Assembly: GCA_002269645.1 (NCBI GenBank)
Contig: NIVC01003245.1
Span: 45,261 to 109,260, forward strand
Origin: Macrostomum lignano
Lineage: Eukaryota
Reading direction: 5' to 3'
DNA length: 64,000 nucleotides
Both the position numbers and the translations under genes were made by a program. Position 1 is the first letter of the stretch, and each line of letters begins with the position of its first letter. The notes below the pieces were generated by a model that had not been told where the DNA came from, made no database searches, and saw only the letters and a list, made by a program, of their open reading frames with translations. Of the stretch, positions 1 to 11,811 are shown in pieces.

Positions 1-548
1 TCTAAAGGTCCATTGAACACCTTCGCCCTGTCGAGGCAACCGAGGAACGAATCGACCGAGGCATCCCCGAGCGCTTGGCAGCCGTGGATCAGAGTGGGGG
101 ATTTCACAAATCTTTCGGGTCCCGCGAGAGAAAACGAGAAAGAAAATGGTTTTGGGAAAATTCTCTTCTCCACCGCGCGTTTACAGTGCCGCCTGGGGAT
201 AAAGCGGAACCATTTTTCTAGTCCCCCCAGGGCGGGATTAAATCCACAAATCCAGAGGGGAACACGAGCTGAAAGCACCCGATGGCGGGCATCCTGTGGC
301 TTCTGGTTTGGCTCTCTCCGTCTTCTTTTAGTAGAACTGGAAAGATACAGCAGAAGAGTGCAGCAAGGATCTCCGTACCATTAATATTTCAGTGATTTTT
401 TACACTTTCTTTTGAGGGGACTTCATCCCGGAAATCCTCAACTACATAGGTCCCGGGATCGATTCTTGGCGGCGAAGCTTTAAACTTGGCGTGAAAAGTT
501 TTGATTGAGCAACTTGACTGCCTACGAGAGCCAAAAAAGCAATGATTT

Positions 549-720
549 CCGCTGACCCCTGAGCACAATGCAAGCGAGCCAATACTGTACGCGGGCAAGC
601 ATTCAAACACGCTCAAACGGGGTGTACAGCAGCCCTGACTTTCTAATCGTCAGGCATGTACACTCTCTGTGCCTTGGAGGTTGGCCGTCATGGCTGTGAC
701 TCGAACGACAGCCAACTACA
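549..720 (-). mobile_element. tRNA-derived SINE copy (5'-truncated/diverged)
   Basis: Shares the core GGTGTACAGCAGCCCTGACTTTCTAATCGTCAGGCATGTACACTCTCTGTGC and the CTGACCCCTGAGCAC block with copies at 15490, 16365 and 57499, which carry a Pol III B-box. Confidence 0.75.
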
Positions 721-790
721 CCAAAACAGGCTTTTTAACTGGAGCTTCGCCTGACAGTGCTTTACTGTACTACTAAGTCTGATGACGTCA

Positions 791-2915
791 TCATACCGCT
801 CGCATGTGCGCCAGCACTGGCCAGGTCGACCCCGCCGGCATCCGCACTTCGTCCTCGCTGTCGTCATCGTCGTCGTCTTCGGCAGATCCGCCGTCGTAGC
901 CCGACGACCAGCCGGGGCCTTGCCGGCGACGCTGCCGTCTCCGCCGCCGACGACGCTGACGTCGCTGGCAATTTGATCCTCGCCGTCGACTGCCGTCGTA
1001 CTGGCTCTGTCGCAGTCGTCGACAGCCGAAGTACAACGCCAGCACAGACGAGGCGACGAGGCAGACAGCGACAGCGACGAAGCCGGACGCGCCGGCAACA
1101 GCGATGGCCAGCTGAAGCCAGTGCGAGCCAGCAGTCTCGCCGGCGCTGTTTATCGTCGAGGACGACTCGGCAAGCACAGCTGCAGGATAGCAAGCGAACT
1201 AATGTACTCTATGGATGGATTAGGGACAATAAGATTACTGTCACTCACTCACCTGTCGCAATTGGCAGATAAACCCTATAGCCCAGCAGTTGGGAGGCCC
1301 TATCGGCTGTGATACGCTTGTTGATCAAAGCTGCGCATCGGGCGGCTGAAACGTAGGCACCGTCGAGTCGGACTGCGTAGACTAGGCGAACTTGTTGGGT
1401 GAAGTTTCCGTCCCGGATAGTGGAAGACATCAACTGGTGGGTATAGAGAGTGTAGTCATTGTGCAAGTCTAGGCCTAAGCAAGCCCGTTCCAGACCCTCA
1501 CTCCCTGCCCCAAACCCCGCCATCCCGCAGCTACCTCCCTCCTGCCCCATTCCAAACCCCGCCACCCCACAGCCACCTCACTCCCTGCCCATTCCGAACC
1601 CCGCCACCCCACAGCCACCTCACTCCCTGCCCATTCTGAACCCCGCCATCCCGCAGCCACCTCCCTCCCTGCCCATTCCAAACCCCGCCACCCCACTCCC
1701 TGCCCATTCCGAACCCCGCCACCCCACAGCCACCTCACTCCCTGCCCATTCGGAACCCCGCCATCCCGCAGCCACCTCCCTCCCTGCCCATTCCGAACCC
1801 CGCCACCACTCACCCCAAGCACGGGCCTCCCATCCTAGAAGATACTCTACATCTGCCACAAAAATGTGGCAATGGAAAAGCAAAGACAATGTAAGACCAT
1901 TCACTCACTTGTACCTGTAAAGTGACATTTCCACCATCCTGTCCAACTGTAACAATTTCAAACAATTTCCGCAGTCTGGCTGTCACTTCAAACTGCCATG
2001 GGCAGGATGATACATTAGTTTCAATGGGAACAGATTGTAAGTCTGCAAATTTGAGGTTGAGATGGCGTTTTGTAACAAGAAACTGATCAGTTTAATTAGT
2101 CCATATAAAGATTGCTTCTTGGCTTTAGCACCAGGGGCGCCAGCACCAGGGGCGCCAGCACCAGGGGCGCCAGCACCAGGGGCGCCAGCACCAGGGGCGC
2201 CAGCACCAGGGGCGCCAGCACCAGGGGCGCCAGCACCAGGGGCGCCAGCACCAGGGGCGCCAGCACCAGGGGCGCCAGCACCAGGGGCGCCAGCACCAGG
2301 GGCGCCAGCACCAGGGGCGCCAGCACCAGGGGCGCCAGCACCAGGGGCGCCAGCACCAGGGGCGCCATATAAATGTACTCTTAGCCAGCCAATGTGGGCT
2401 TGGCAGTCTTGCCCTCCCCAGTCTCTAGCACCATAATCATTTATCGCAGTAACTAACTAGCACCAATCAAGGACTCACCAGTCTGCACCCAGAAAGGCGA
2501 CAATTTCAAATTTGCAGTAGAATTTTGTTGACACTTCGTGACATCTGACGTCGAATTCTCTGACTGGACGTTGGGTGCAGCTGGTGACGCCGCAGGCGCA
2601 TCAGTTGCTGCAGTTGGGGACGCAAGCAGTTCTACAGATTTTCCTGTTGTTGACGGCGTCAGTTTGGCATGGTTGGCTGGTGACGGTGGCAAAATAGTGA
2701 CTTTGAATGGCTTTGGAGTGCTTGTTGGCGATTTAGCTGCTTCTGTTGTCAGCGCAGGTCTCGAAGACGTATCAGATGCATCCGGGGAGATTATTGATTC
2801 AGTGGACGGCAGCGGTTTCAATGTTGTTGCACTTTCAGAGCCTGGCATTATTGTTTCGTTTGCTCTGTCCGATTGCGAAGGTGAAGTGCTCGGACTGCCT
2901 GCTTCAGATTCAAGA
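791..2915 (-). CDS. Mucin-like Ser/Thr/Pro-rich single-pass (type I-like) membrane protein; exons ~2915-2479 and 1179-791, upstream exons not found
   Basis: An S/T/P-rich open exon ends at a GTGAGT donor (2478) in phase 1. This joins in frame to a polypyrimidine-CAG acceptor (1180) and an exon with a hydrophobic helix (LAIAVAGASGFVAVAVCLVASSVLALYFGC), then basic RRLR and an acidic tail. Confidence 0.55.
1495..1815. repeat. ~42-bp C-rich minisatellite in the intron of the membrane-protein gene
   Basis: Unit CTCCCTGCCCATTCCGAACCCCGCCACCCCACAGCCACCTCA recurs at 1581, 1623 etc. Confidence 0.9.
2127..2366. repeat. Perfect 15-bp minisatellite, 16 copies
   Basis: (AGCACCAGGGGCGCC)16; it explains the PGAPA, APLVL and STRGA ORFs. 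Confidence 0.97.
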
Positions 2916-5334
2916 ATATGAGTTAATCAATCTATTTTTACAATGCACGCTCGTAGCCTATGATTAACTATATTGTAATTAAATTATGAACATTTGACCA
3001 CACGTTGGCAATAATTTCTGAGACATTATTAAAGGTTAAGTGAACACTCTGCAAAATATTTTTAATAAAAATAATTAATTAATTTTCCTAAGTTGCCCGA
3101 ATTTATTCTTTTAGTATAAGAAAATAAACTTCAAATTCAAGTGAAATATTTTAAATTGTGACACTGCTTAAAACATTTCTAAAGTGAATCTTATTTTTAG
3201 TCAATGTTTCATTGTTGATTTGCATCCTTAAGTAATAAAATATGAACTATAAATTTTAACTACATTTAAATCAAGCCACTCATAATATTAGCACTTGCTA
3301 TCTAAAATCTTATTCATGTTTACACAGGTTCCTGTCTAGCTGCAGTTTGCAGAATTCTGTATATCATTATCAATTAGCACTGATCCAAAAAGCACAAAAC
3401 TTACTTGTATTTTGATTTTGAATGACACGCGAGGTACAAAATACCAAGTACGGCACACTGATATTGAGGATGGTTAAGAAAACGGATGTAACTTGCATGC
3501 TTATTGCCTTGTAGAAAATGCCTTTGACAATTTGTTAGCTATCTATTACGCACGTACGTAGGTGCTAATCTTTGATAAGAAATCGCATTTTTATTTTCTT
3601 TACAGCAAGCGAAAAAAGTGGCATTTTCAGTTCTAATTTTTTGTTTGCCACTACTAGGTTTAAATTACAATTCTAGCGCATGTTCGAAACGGCAAGGGCC
3701 CTGTCTGGTCGCTCTCGGACTTGAACGGTCCATGCTATCTATATTTGAAATTGAGTTATTGGGTTTATTAGATACCGCTATGAATTTTGTAGCAAAAAAA
3801 ATTATTTTTAAAAGAAAACAATAAATTATTCGTTTGTTTCCCAAAATTCAAAACAAATACTATTTTAACCACAGAAAGTAAAAGGAAAACTGTACTATTT
3901 TATTTTACTTCTTTTGCCACACCGGAGAATCTACGTTTCGAATCCGCAGCATGTTCAAAATATGGAATCATTTTGAGATACTTCGTTTTTTGTCTTTATT
4001 TTATCAATTTCGCTTACGAAATCATATTAACTATTTTAGTGCATATTTTTTCCGTAGTGCATTCAACTGACTCTAAGCGCGCACAGCATATGAATGGCGT
4101 ACGTAGGCTCTAGCTACTCATACAAGGACGAGGTCCTTTCATTCGTACAGGATGTAAACATGGAGAAGGAGAAATGAGGCTACACTCGCAAGTTGTGAAA
4201 ACTGCTTGAGGACTGAAACGAAACACACACGTGCTGTGTTTTATTACATATATACATGTTTTAGTAAAACATAAAACATTAATAAAACATGTTTTGTTTT
4301 TATTGACTATTTGGAAATCGGATGTTCAAACTCGTAGAGATATATTACATGTATATGTATTACGATTTTAAAATACGAGCATCCTTAATACTGGATGCCC
4401 ATGTAGTGTACATTTTGCTGCGAAAAGCAGCTCCCGACAAAATTTGCATGATTTGAGAGCGTATTATTATACTTTAGCTGTCCATAGATGTAAAGCGGTA
4501 CTTGGTTGTCATTTTCACTTTTCAGGTATGTAGTACATAGCTTGAATTTATTGCAATGTTGGCGACTGCAATTGCTTGATTCCAACCAATATGGTGTAAA
4601 ATTCAGACGCCTACTGCACCGAAGTTTTTGTTACTGATTCAAATTATTTTATCACGTATTTTGCTATATTAGGAAACCTACACATTTTATATTGCGAAAG
4701 AATACAGAAGAAAGAGTTTGATTGATGCCTTTACTCGAATTCCTAGCACTTTTGTAAACAGTACATGTGCATAAACTATTCACCTTCAATGCTTTTTATA
4801 TTGTACGCTTGTCGAGCCCTCAAGATTCTCGAACGCCTTCGGCTTCTTACGAGCTATATGTAGTCCAAGGTAGAATGAATAATTCAGGCTATGCGGATTC
4901 CTCACTCGATTCGAGGCACCTTTTTATAGGAAAAAAGGTAGAGGAATATATGTCAATAAGTTTTTTTTCAACCCATGCAGTCTGCATCGCAGCAGAGAGT
5001 TCATTTCCTTGAATCAACATGGCCTAGCCGGCCTACTCATAAATCCTGACCGCGATAGTGACTTGAGTTTAGTCAGACATTTGTTTGAAATATATAAGCT
5101 CCGATTGTTTGAGTGATCTCGATGGCCTATTTGCGCTTCCGCGAGGTCCATTACTCGTGATTGTAAATACTTTCGAGCAACATTGGAAAAATGTTGTGTG
5201 AATGAAAAATGACTGTGTTTGCTACAGTCATTAAGTAGGCAATATGTTTTTATTTGAAGCGAGCGAAATGCCATGCACAGTCTATCATAATCAGTGAGCA
5301 CCCACCCATTTTTGAGAAAATACCACTTGACAAT

Positions 5335-5560
5335 TGCTTTTTTCTGCTACAGAACGGAGCAACGTAGGTACACGAAACTCAAGGAGACTTCATCAATGCT
5401 GCTAGGGCATTCAGTACAGCACTGCGCTTCAGACCTTGCCTTGCCAACACAAATCTTCATACTTCATCAGCACGTCCACCGCATCATGTCTGGCGTCATC
5501 GGTCAGACTTCGATGGCCGACCGGTCTTTTACCCTGGCTTCTGGACCTAGCCTAAGCCGA
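5335..5560 (+). mobile_element. Diverged relative of the outer arm of the Foldback-like element
   Basis: GAACGGAGCAACGTAGGTACACGAAACTCAAG, AGCACTGCGC..CCTTGCCAA and TTCATCAGCACGTC(C/G)ACC align collinearly with 8562-8800. Confidence 0.6.
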
Positions 5561-6903
5561 CAGTTGACCCGCAGCCAGCGAGAGGGCAAGCAGCTTGACA
5601 GATGTTCACCCAGGATGTACAGCGGCCCTATGAACCTTTCATTCTCCGGCATGTACATTTCAAACGACTATGTGGCCTGGGACTTAATGGGGTTGAATCG
5701 TACAACAAAAGCGACGTTGACGCGTGATTCCTGACATTTTAGCGCCGAGCCAATCTGCTCCCTTCGGTAGATACTATTATTTAATGATCAATTTTCCAGC
5801 GGAATTCCCCGTCAATCGAACCTGGGTTCTAATGACAAGAAGACTCAAGTAGTGAAGTTCAGATAAACAACACGGATATATTACACCAGACAGCCCTGAT
5901 GTGGTTGCATACCACACAAAGTTAAGTCTGTAAAGCATAGAACAGGTCCTGAGGAAATTGTCGATCACTTGGGACCAGCGCATGTCAGACTAATTAAAAT
6001 AATGGCATTGGCACGTGTCCCCGCATGCAGTCGGATAATTAAAGGAAGTTGGCCCGAAAGACGTAAATTTCGACGCAAGCTACGTGTACGCATCCTAGAT
6101 TCCGAAGCTCCGAAGTTTACTCGCATGGTTGAAATGATAATTGTGGCCAGAGCATATTTGCGTCAAGCTTGAATTTGATTCTGACTGATTGTACGTGCGC
6201 AATGTCACGAGGTTGTTTTCTTGTCATTTACCTTGAGCTGTCCCGTTGACGACTTGTTTTAGGTCGCGTTGATCAATAAGCAGCTTGCAAAGCGTCCGTG
6301 AAAAAGTTTTCTCGTCGTTTTCTGCGTCTTTTTGCGATTAAAACGAAGAAGATATTTTTTACAGCAAGCAGCGCGGCTCTTCCTTTGAGGTTTTGGTGCG
6401 ATTCACACCTATGAGGATCAACCCCACAAGGCGCAGAGACCGTCACTGTCTATGGTCAAAGCAAATCTGCTCACGACTGATTTAAGCATGGGTAAAATTG
6501 GATAACTTTTCGTCTCAGTATATTTCACTGCGAGAGCAAACACAACATGAATGAAACACGAAATAAACGAAATAATTCAGTAAATAACGTTTGGGAACAC
6601 AGAATGATATGTGGTTGGATAGTTCATCAATATAGTTACCTCAAATACATGGTCGTAGTTAGAAACTGCAATCCACGACACACCTGTCTAGCGTGGTGTA
6701 ATGTTGAATGTGCTTGGATTGGACAACTCTGCGTCAATCAACTGCTGCTGTCTTACGCTCAGACCAGTCCATTGACTAACTTCTTCACCAGGATCACGAT
6801 GTCCAAGTTGCTGCAGAAACTCAATCTCATTCATTTCTAAACCGCTAATATCTTCCTCTAGTATTGATTCCCAGTGAAACATGGCTAATTCCGAACCTTT
6901 AAG

Positions 6904-8130
6904 TATATAATCATGGATGTTTAATGCGCATTCTAGGGTTAGAAAGTCCGAGGCTGCATTTGATGGTCTCGAGGCGAGCGAAGCGAGCCGAGGACCATTA
7001 AGTGTGGCCGAGGACTTTCTACCATAGAATGCGCATTAAACTACCGTGATCTTATATGAAATCCGAATTACTTATTTTTGTAGCTTTCTCTTGAGCCGGG
7101 CCGAATGCGGTGCAGCCAGTCGGCAAAGATTCGACTGGGGGTGTGGGGGCGAAGCCCCCACATTGGAACCATAGACAAATTTTCCATAAATTTAAGACAG
7201 TACTAGCTAGACGAAATCCGAATTACTTTCTTTCGTAGCTTTCTCTTGAACCACGCCGCGATGGAAGAAGAATTTGATAGCGACAACTTTTTTAATTTTT
7301 TCGATCTAGCCCCTGCTGGAAATGTAGTTCCGCCGCCCCTCGGAAACGCTAAAACACTGCCGACCAAACCTAGCTCTCGTTTCGGTGAGTTGCTTGATGA
7401 GACCGCTTTGGAGCGCAGAATGCTAGAGAGCTCACCTGAGTCTACACTAGCAAGAGAAAAGTGGGCGATGAATGTGTTCCAGACGTGGAAGGAGAATCGT
7501 GTCCAACTGCAAATGCAAGGCCGTCTGTCAGGACTCGCGGTGATTAAGCCTGTCGAAGAGCTTACAAAGAATGAGATCAACGAACTGTTGCACTTCGTTT
7601 TTGAGGTGAGGAAGGAGAATGGCGAAAAATATCCGCCGGGAACTCTGAAAAACTTGGTATCGATGATCCAACACTTTTACGTGAGCCTGTCGCTTCTGGA
7701 GATTCCAGCGCTTCTATTACTGACCACGGTGTCAAGTCTATCATCATTGATGGAGCTAAAATCGAAATTCAGTTTAAGTGAGTTTGTGAAACGTTTAATG
7801 CATTGCCTATTATTGAAAAAAACGTAATATGTTTCCTATATAACCCTACCAATTGTCCATGGCTTGGCTAGAAAATTGTTTTTTGTTGCTTCGTTATACA
7901 GTATATAATAACAGTTTTTTTGTTGCATCCAAGTACACTGTCTGGTTCTGTTTAGTCTATGGTTCAAACTGCTTTCATTTAGGGACCATTAAATCATTTG
8001 ATGGTCTCCATTTTGGAGCCCATCAAATTATTTGATGTGCCTGGAATTATAGCACTTTAAACCATAGACTAGGCTTTCCTGGCTCAGAATGAGCCCAATA
8101 AATGTCAATAAAATAAGTAATCGGATTTTA
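6904..8130 (+). mobile_element. Non-autonomous Crypton-like (DUF3504) element with palindromic left end
   Basis: Hairpin TTAATGCGCATTCTA (6921) ... TAGAATGCGCATTAA (7025) around GCGAGCGAAGCGAGC. GAAATCCGAATTACTT block duplicated at 7058 and 7213 and inverted at 8110-8128. Encloses a DUF3504-like ORF. Confidence 0.55.
7246..7827 (+). pseudogene. Truncated DUF3504/CryptonA-type tyrosine-recombinase-related ORF (N-terminal part only)
   Basis: STLAREKWAMNVFQTW...EINELLHFVFEVRKENGEKYPPGTLKNLVSMIQ matches the KWA..F..W / EVRK.NG..YPP.TL pattern of DUF3504 (ZMYM/QRICH1/KCTD1, CryptonA) proteins. The catalytic half is missing. Confidence 0.7.
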
Positions 8131-8328
8131 TAGCTGTTTAAATCTTATTTTTCTCTCCCACCCACCAGGAGAAGAATGCTTCAAACTCTATTTGGGTTTC
8201 AACCATAGACAGTCTCCGCGGACTGCGAAACCGCCACTAAGCATATAGCTAAAGCTTTTTCAACCATAGACAGTTTCTGTGGACGTGAAACCGCGTTGTG
8301 CGTCCGCGCTTCAGCCTACCCATAACAC

Positions 8329-8468
8329 TAATATGGACTGGCTGTTGAGGACTGAAATGAACTGAAACGCATATCGGTAGCTGTCCGCAGTAGTTTATAA
8401 TCTTCTCTTAAATCTACTGTAGCTCCGCGTTGCAGTTCATTTCAGTCCTCAACAGCCAGTCTATATTA
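8329..8468. mobile_element. Small MITE-like inverted repeat
   Basis: TAATATGGACTGGCTGTTGAGGACTGAAATGAACTGAAACGC (8329-8370) is the near-perfect reverse complement of 8427-8468. Confidence 0.55.
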
Positions 8469-10824
8469 ACAGTAGGAATACCAAGCCATTTTTCCGCCCG
8501 TCGAACTACCAAGAGGGGGGGAAAAATTCCCCCCCCCCTGACAATTTTTTTTGCTGCGCCGGAACGGAGCAACGCAGGCACACAAAATTCAAGAACACGG
8601 GCTAACTTTTTGTTGCGCACCTTCTCAAACAAGAATCAAGTCGCCAACCCTCCGGACCGTCGAGATATTCGACGATTCTGCCAGAAGGTCGGATTTTTCC
8701 CATAAGCGCTAGTGTATTCAGTATACCCCTGTGCGCCAAATAGCACTGCGCCTCAGTGCAGCCTTGCCAAGTCTCCAAATTTCATCAGCACGTCGACCAA
8801 ATGTGTCTGCATCAGCTCTGACTTCGTTGGTTACTGGCCTTCACCAAGACGGAGCTTCTAGACCTTCAACAGGTGGCACCAGGTGACTATGAACACCTTG
8901 ATACGAATTTCTCTAGTTTCGCCGATCAAGCCTCGACAGTAGGCAAGCCTCAACTGCCAGACACCCTCAGCTAGTCTCCTGAGCATTCATTCCTTCATCA
9001 TCCCGACACCGTCGGCACCTTCAACAGGTGGCATCAGGTGACTATGGACGTCCTGTTGCAAATATGTCAGGTCTTTCTTATCAAGCTTCAATAATGGGCA
9101 AACCTCAACCGACGGACATTGTCAGCTAGTCTCTCAAGCCTTCCGTCATCATCCCGACGCCGTCGACTCCTTCAACAGATTACACCAGGTGACTATGGAC
9201 AGCCTGTTGCAAATATGTCAGGTTTTTCTTATCAAGCTTCAATAATGAGCAAATCTCAACTACTGGACATCCTCAGCTAGTCAGTCAAGCATTCAGCCAT
9301 CATCCCGACGCCGTCGGCTCCTTCAACAGATTACACCAGGTGACTATGGACAGCCTGATAAGAATTTCTCTAGTTTCGCCGATCAAGCCTCGATAGTGGG
9401 CAAAAATCAACTGCTGGACATCCTCAGCTAGTCAGTCAAGCATTCAGCCATCAACCGGACGCCGTCGGCTCCTTCAACAGATTACACCAGGTGACTATGG
9501 ACATCCTGTTGCAAATATGTCAGGTTTTTCTTATCAAGCTTCAATAATGAGCAAACCTCAACTGCTGGACATCCTCAGCTAGTCAGTCAAGCATTCAGCC
9601 ATCACCCCGACGCCGTCGGCACCTTCAACAGGTGGCACCAGGGGAGTAAGGACACGTGAGCGTGATTTTTCATCATGCTCTTAACATTTCTGAAGCTCTC
9701 AAAATTTTTAAAGCACGGACATTGCTATAGTTAAGCTTGAACTCATGTTGCTGTATATTTATATTATTATTACACATACTTTTATGCATACGAGCTACAT
9801 ACATATTTTATTCGAAAAGCTGTTTAGTTTATTCAACTATAATATTGAACCCAATTTTTTTGCAGAAAGGGTTATGCTTTTAAGAAGCCAGTAAATTCAA
9901 TCCGTTTTTTCATTTTTTAATGATTCAGAAATGTTAATAGCATGATGAAAAATCACACTCAGGTGTCCTTACTCCCCTGGTGCCACCTGTTGAAGGTGCC
10001 GACGGCGTCGGGATGATGGCTGAATGCTTGACTGACTAGCTGAGGATGTCCAGTAGTTGAGGTTTGCTCATTATTGAAGCTTGATAAGAAAAACCTGACA
10101 TATTTGCAACAGGCTGTCCATAGTCACCTGATGCCACCTGTTGAAGGAGCCGACGGCGTCGGGATGATGACGGAATGCTTGAGAGACTAGCTGACAATGT
10201 CCGTCGGTTGAGGTTTGCCCATTATTGAAGCTTGATAAGAAAGACCTGACATATTTGCAACAGGACGTCCATAGTCACCTGATGCCACCTGTTGAAGGTG
10301 CCGACGGTGTCGGGATGATGAAGGAATGAATGCTCAGGAGACTAGCTGAGGGTGTCTGGCAGTTGAGGCTTGCCTACTGTCGAGGCTTGATCGGCGAAAC
10401 TAGAGAAATTCGTATCAAGGTGTTCATAGTCACCTGGTGCCACCTGTTGAAGGTCTAGAAGCTCCGTCTTGGTGAAGGCCAGTAACCAACGAAGTCAGAG
10501 CTGATGCAGACACATTTGGTCGACGTGCTGATGAAATTTGGAGACTTGGCAAGGCTGCACTGAGGCGCAGTGCTATTTGGCGCACAGGGGTATACTGAAT
10601 ACACTAGCGCTTATGGGAAAAATCCGACCTTCTGGCAGAATCGTCGAATATCTCGACGGTCCGGAGGGTTGGCGACTTGATTCTTGTTTGAGAAGGTGCG
10701 CAACAAAAAGTTAGCCCGTGTTCTTGAATTTTGTGTGCCTGCGTTGCTCCGTTCCGGCGCAGCAAAAAAAATTGTCAGGGGGGGAAATTTTTCCCCCCCT
10801 CTTGGTAGTTCTACTGTTAATATA
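8462..10824. mobile_element. Foldback-type element: long modular inverted arms with internal 151-bp tandem units and a ~230-bp AT-rich loop
   Basis: 8503-9694 and 9924-10811 are near-identical reverse complements. The left arm has five 151-bp units and the right arm three. The loop is 9695-9923. Confidence 0.8.
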
Positions 10825-11811
10825 TTGCCGGATCTAAGACTGCCGCCCACTTCTTGGCCATAGACATACATGTAGACTGACCAACAGTCGGCAAAAATCA
10901 TTTCACACGCACGATATACCTAAGGTATATCTTGGCCATAGACATAAGAGCGCTAAACACATATACTGTGGTCATAGATATAAAAGGGAACAATAAGCAT
11001 CTGTATGCCCTTTTCCGGCAGCAATTGCAAAAACTGAAGCCGCGTAGCATACACCAAAGATCATATATACATATAAGATAAATATAGACCTATGGCATAC
11101 ACATGACATACACATGGCATACACAAAAGGGCATACACATGCTTATATTGTTGCAAGCATTCTGCCGCATCCTTGCCTGCAAGTCCTTAATTCATTATTA
11201 GAGGTCAACCCCCGCAGCTTGAAGTGGCTTCAGCCTCTTCCAACTTTCTAAATCTCCCTCTGGGAGATGCTCAAGTCCCTCCCTAGACGAGGCTTTCTAA
11301 AACTCTCTCCTGACAAGCGGAAATTATTTGAATGCAAATTTTTTCACTTTGCGTTTGCGAAAGTTGTATCATTTTTTCAGTGTCCAGAGCTTTTGGTAGG
11401 CTAAAATTGGTCTCCTGTTCTGCTTTTGGACATTGTTTAACTTTATAAATGCTAACTCATTAATTAATTAGGACAGGGCTCATCGTTACGAGCGCATATT
11501 CATAAATCAGTTTGATTTCCCAACAATCTCTTCACTGACTGACCAATCGCTTGCAGCTGATTCTATAAGAGTAGAATAATCAGGAAAATGACGGGAGCTC
11601 ATTGGACACGCTGAGCGGTGAGCAGCGGGCGGCCTTCATATACCCGGGCCTGAGCGGCGCAGATTTCAGGGTGAAACTCCTAAAAGCACTGCTTAGACTT
11701 GTGTGTCATAAGGCAACCGACTTGATTGAAGTTTTCTTTGGTAAGTTCTTCATTTCGTATTTAGGTATACGAGTCAAGTGGTTATTTACTAATGCCACTG
11801 ATTATTCACTG

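Noticed and set aside
2062-2436. PGAPA / APLVL / STRGA repeat ORFs
   Set aside because: Translations of a 15-bp intronic minisatellite, open in several frames on both strands.
6095-6170. KLDANMLWP resembling the PolB D.N.LY motif of Polintons
   Set aside because: Short, followed by a stop, and no other polymerase motifs nearby.
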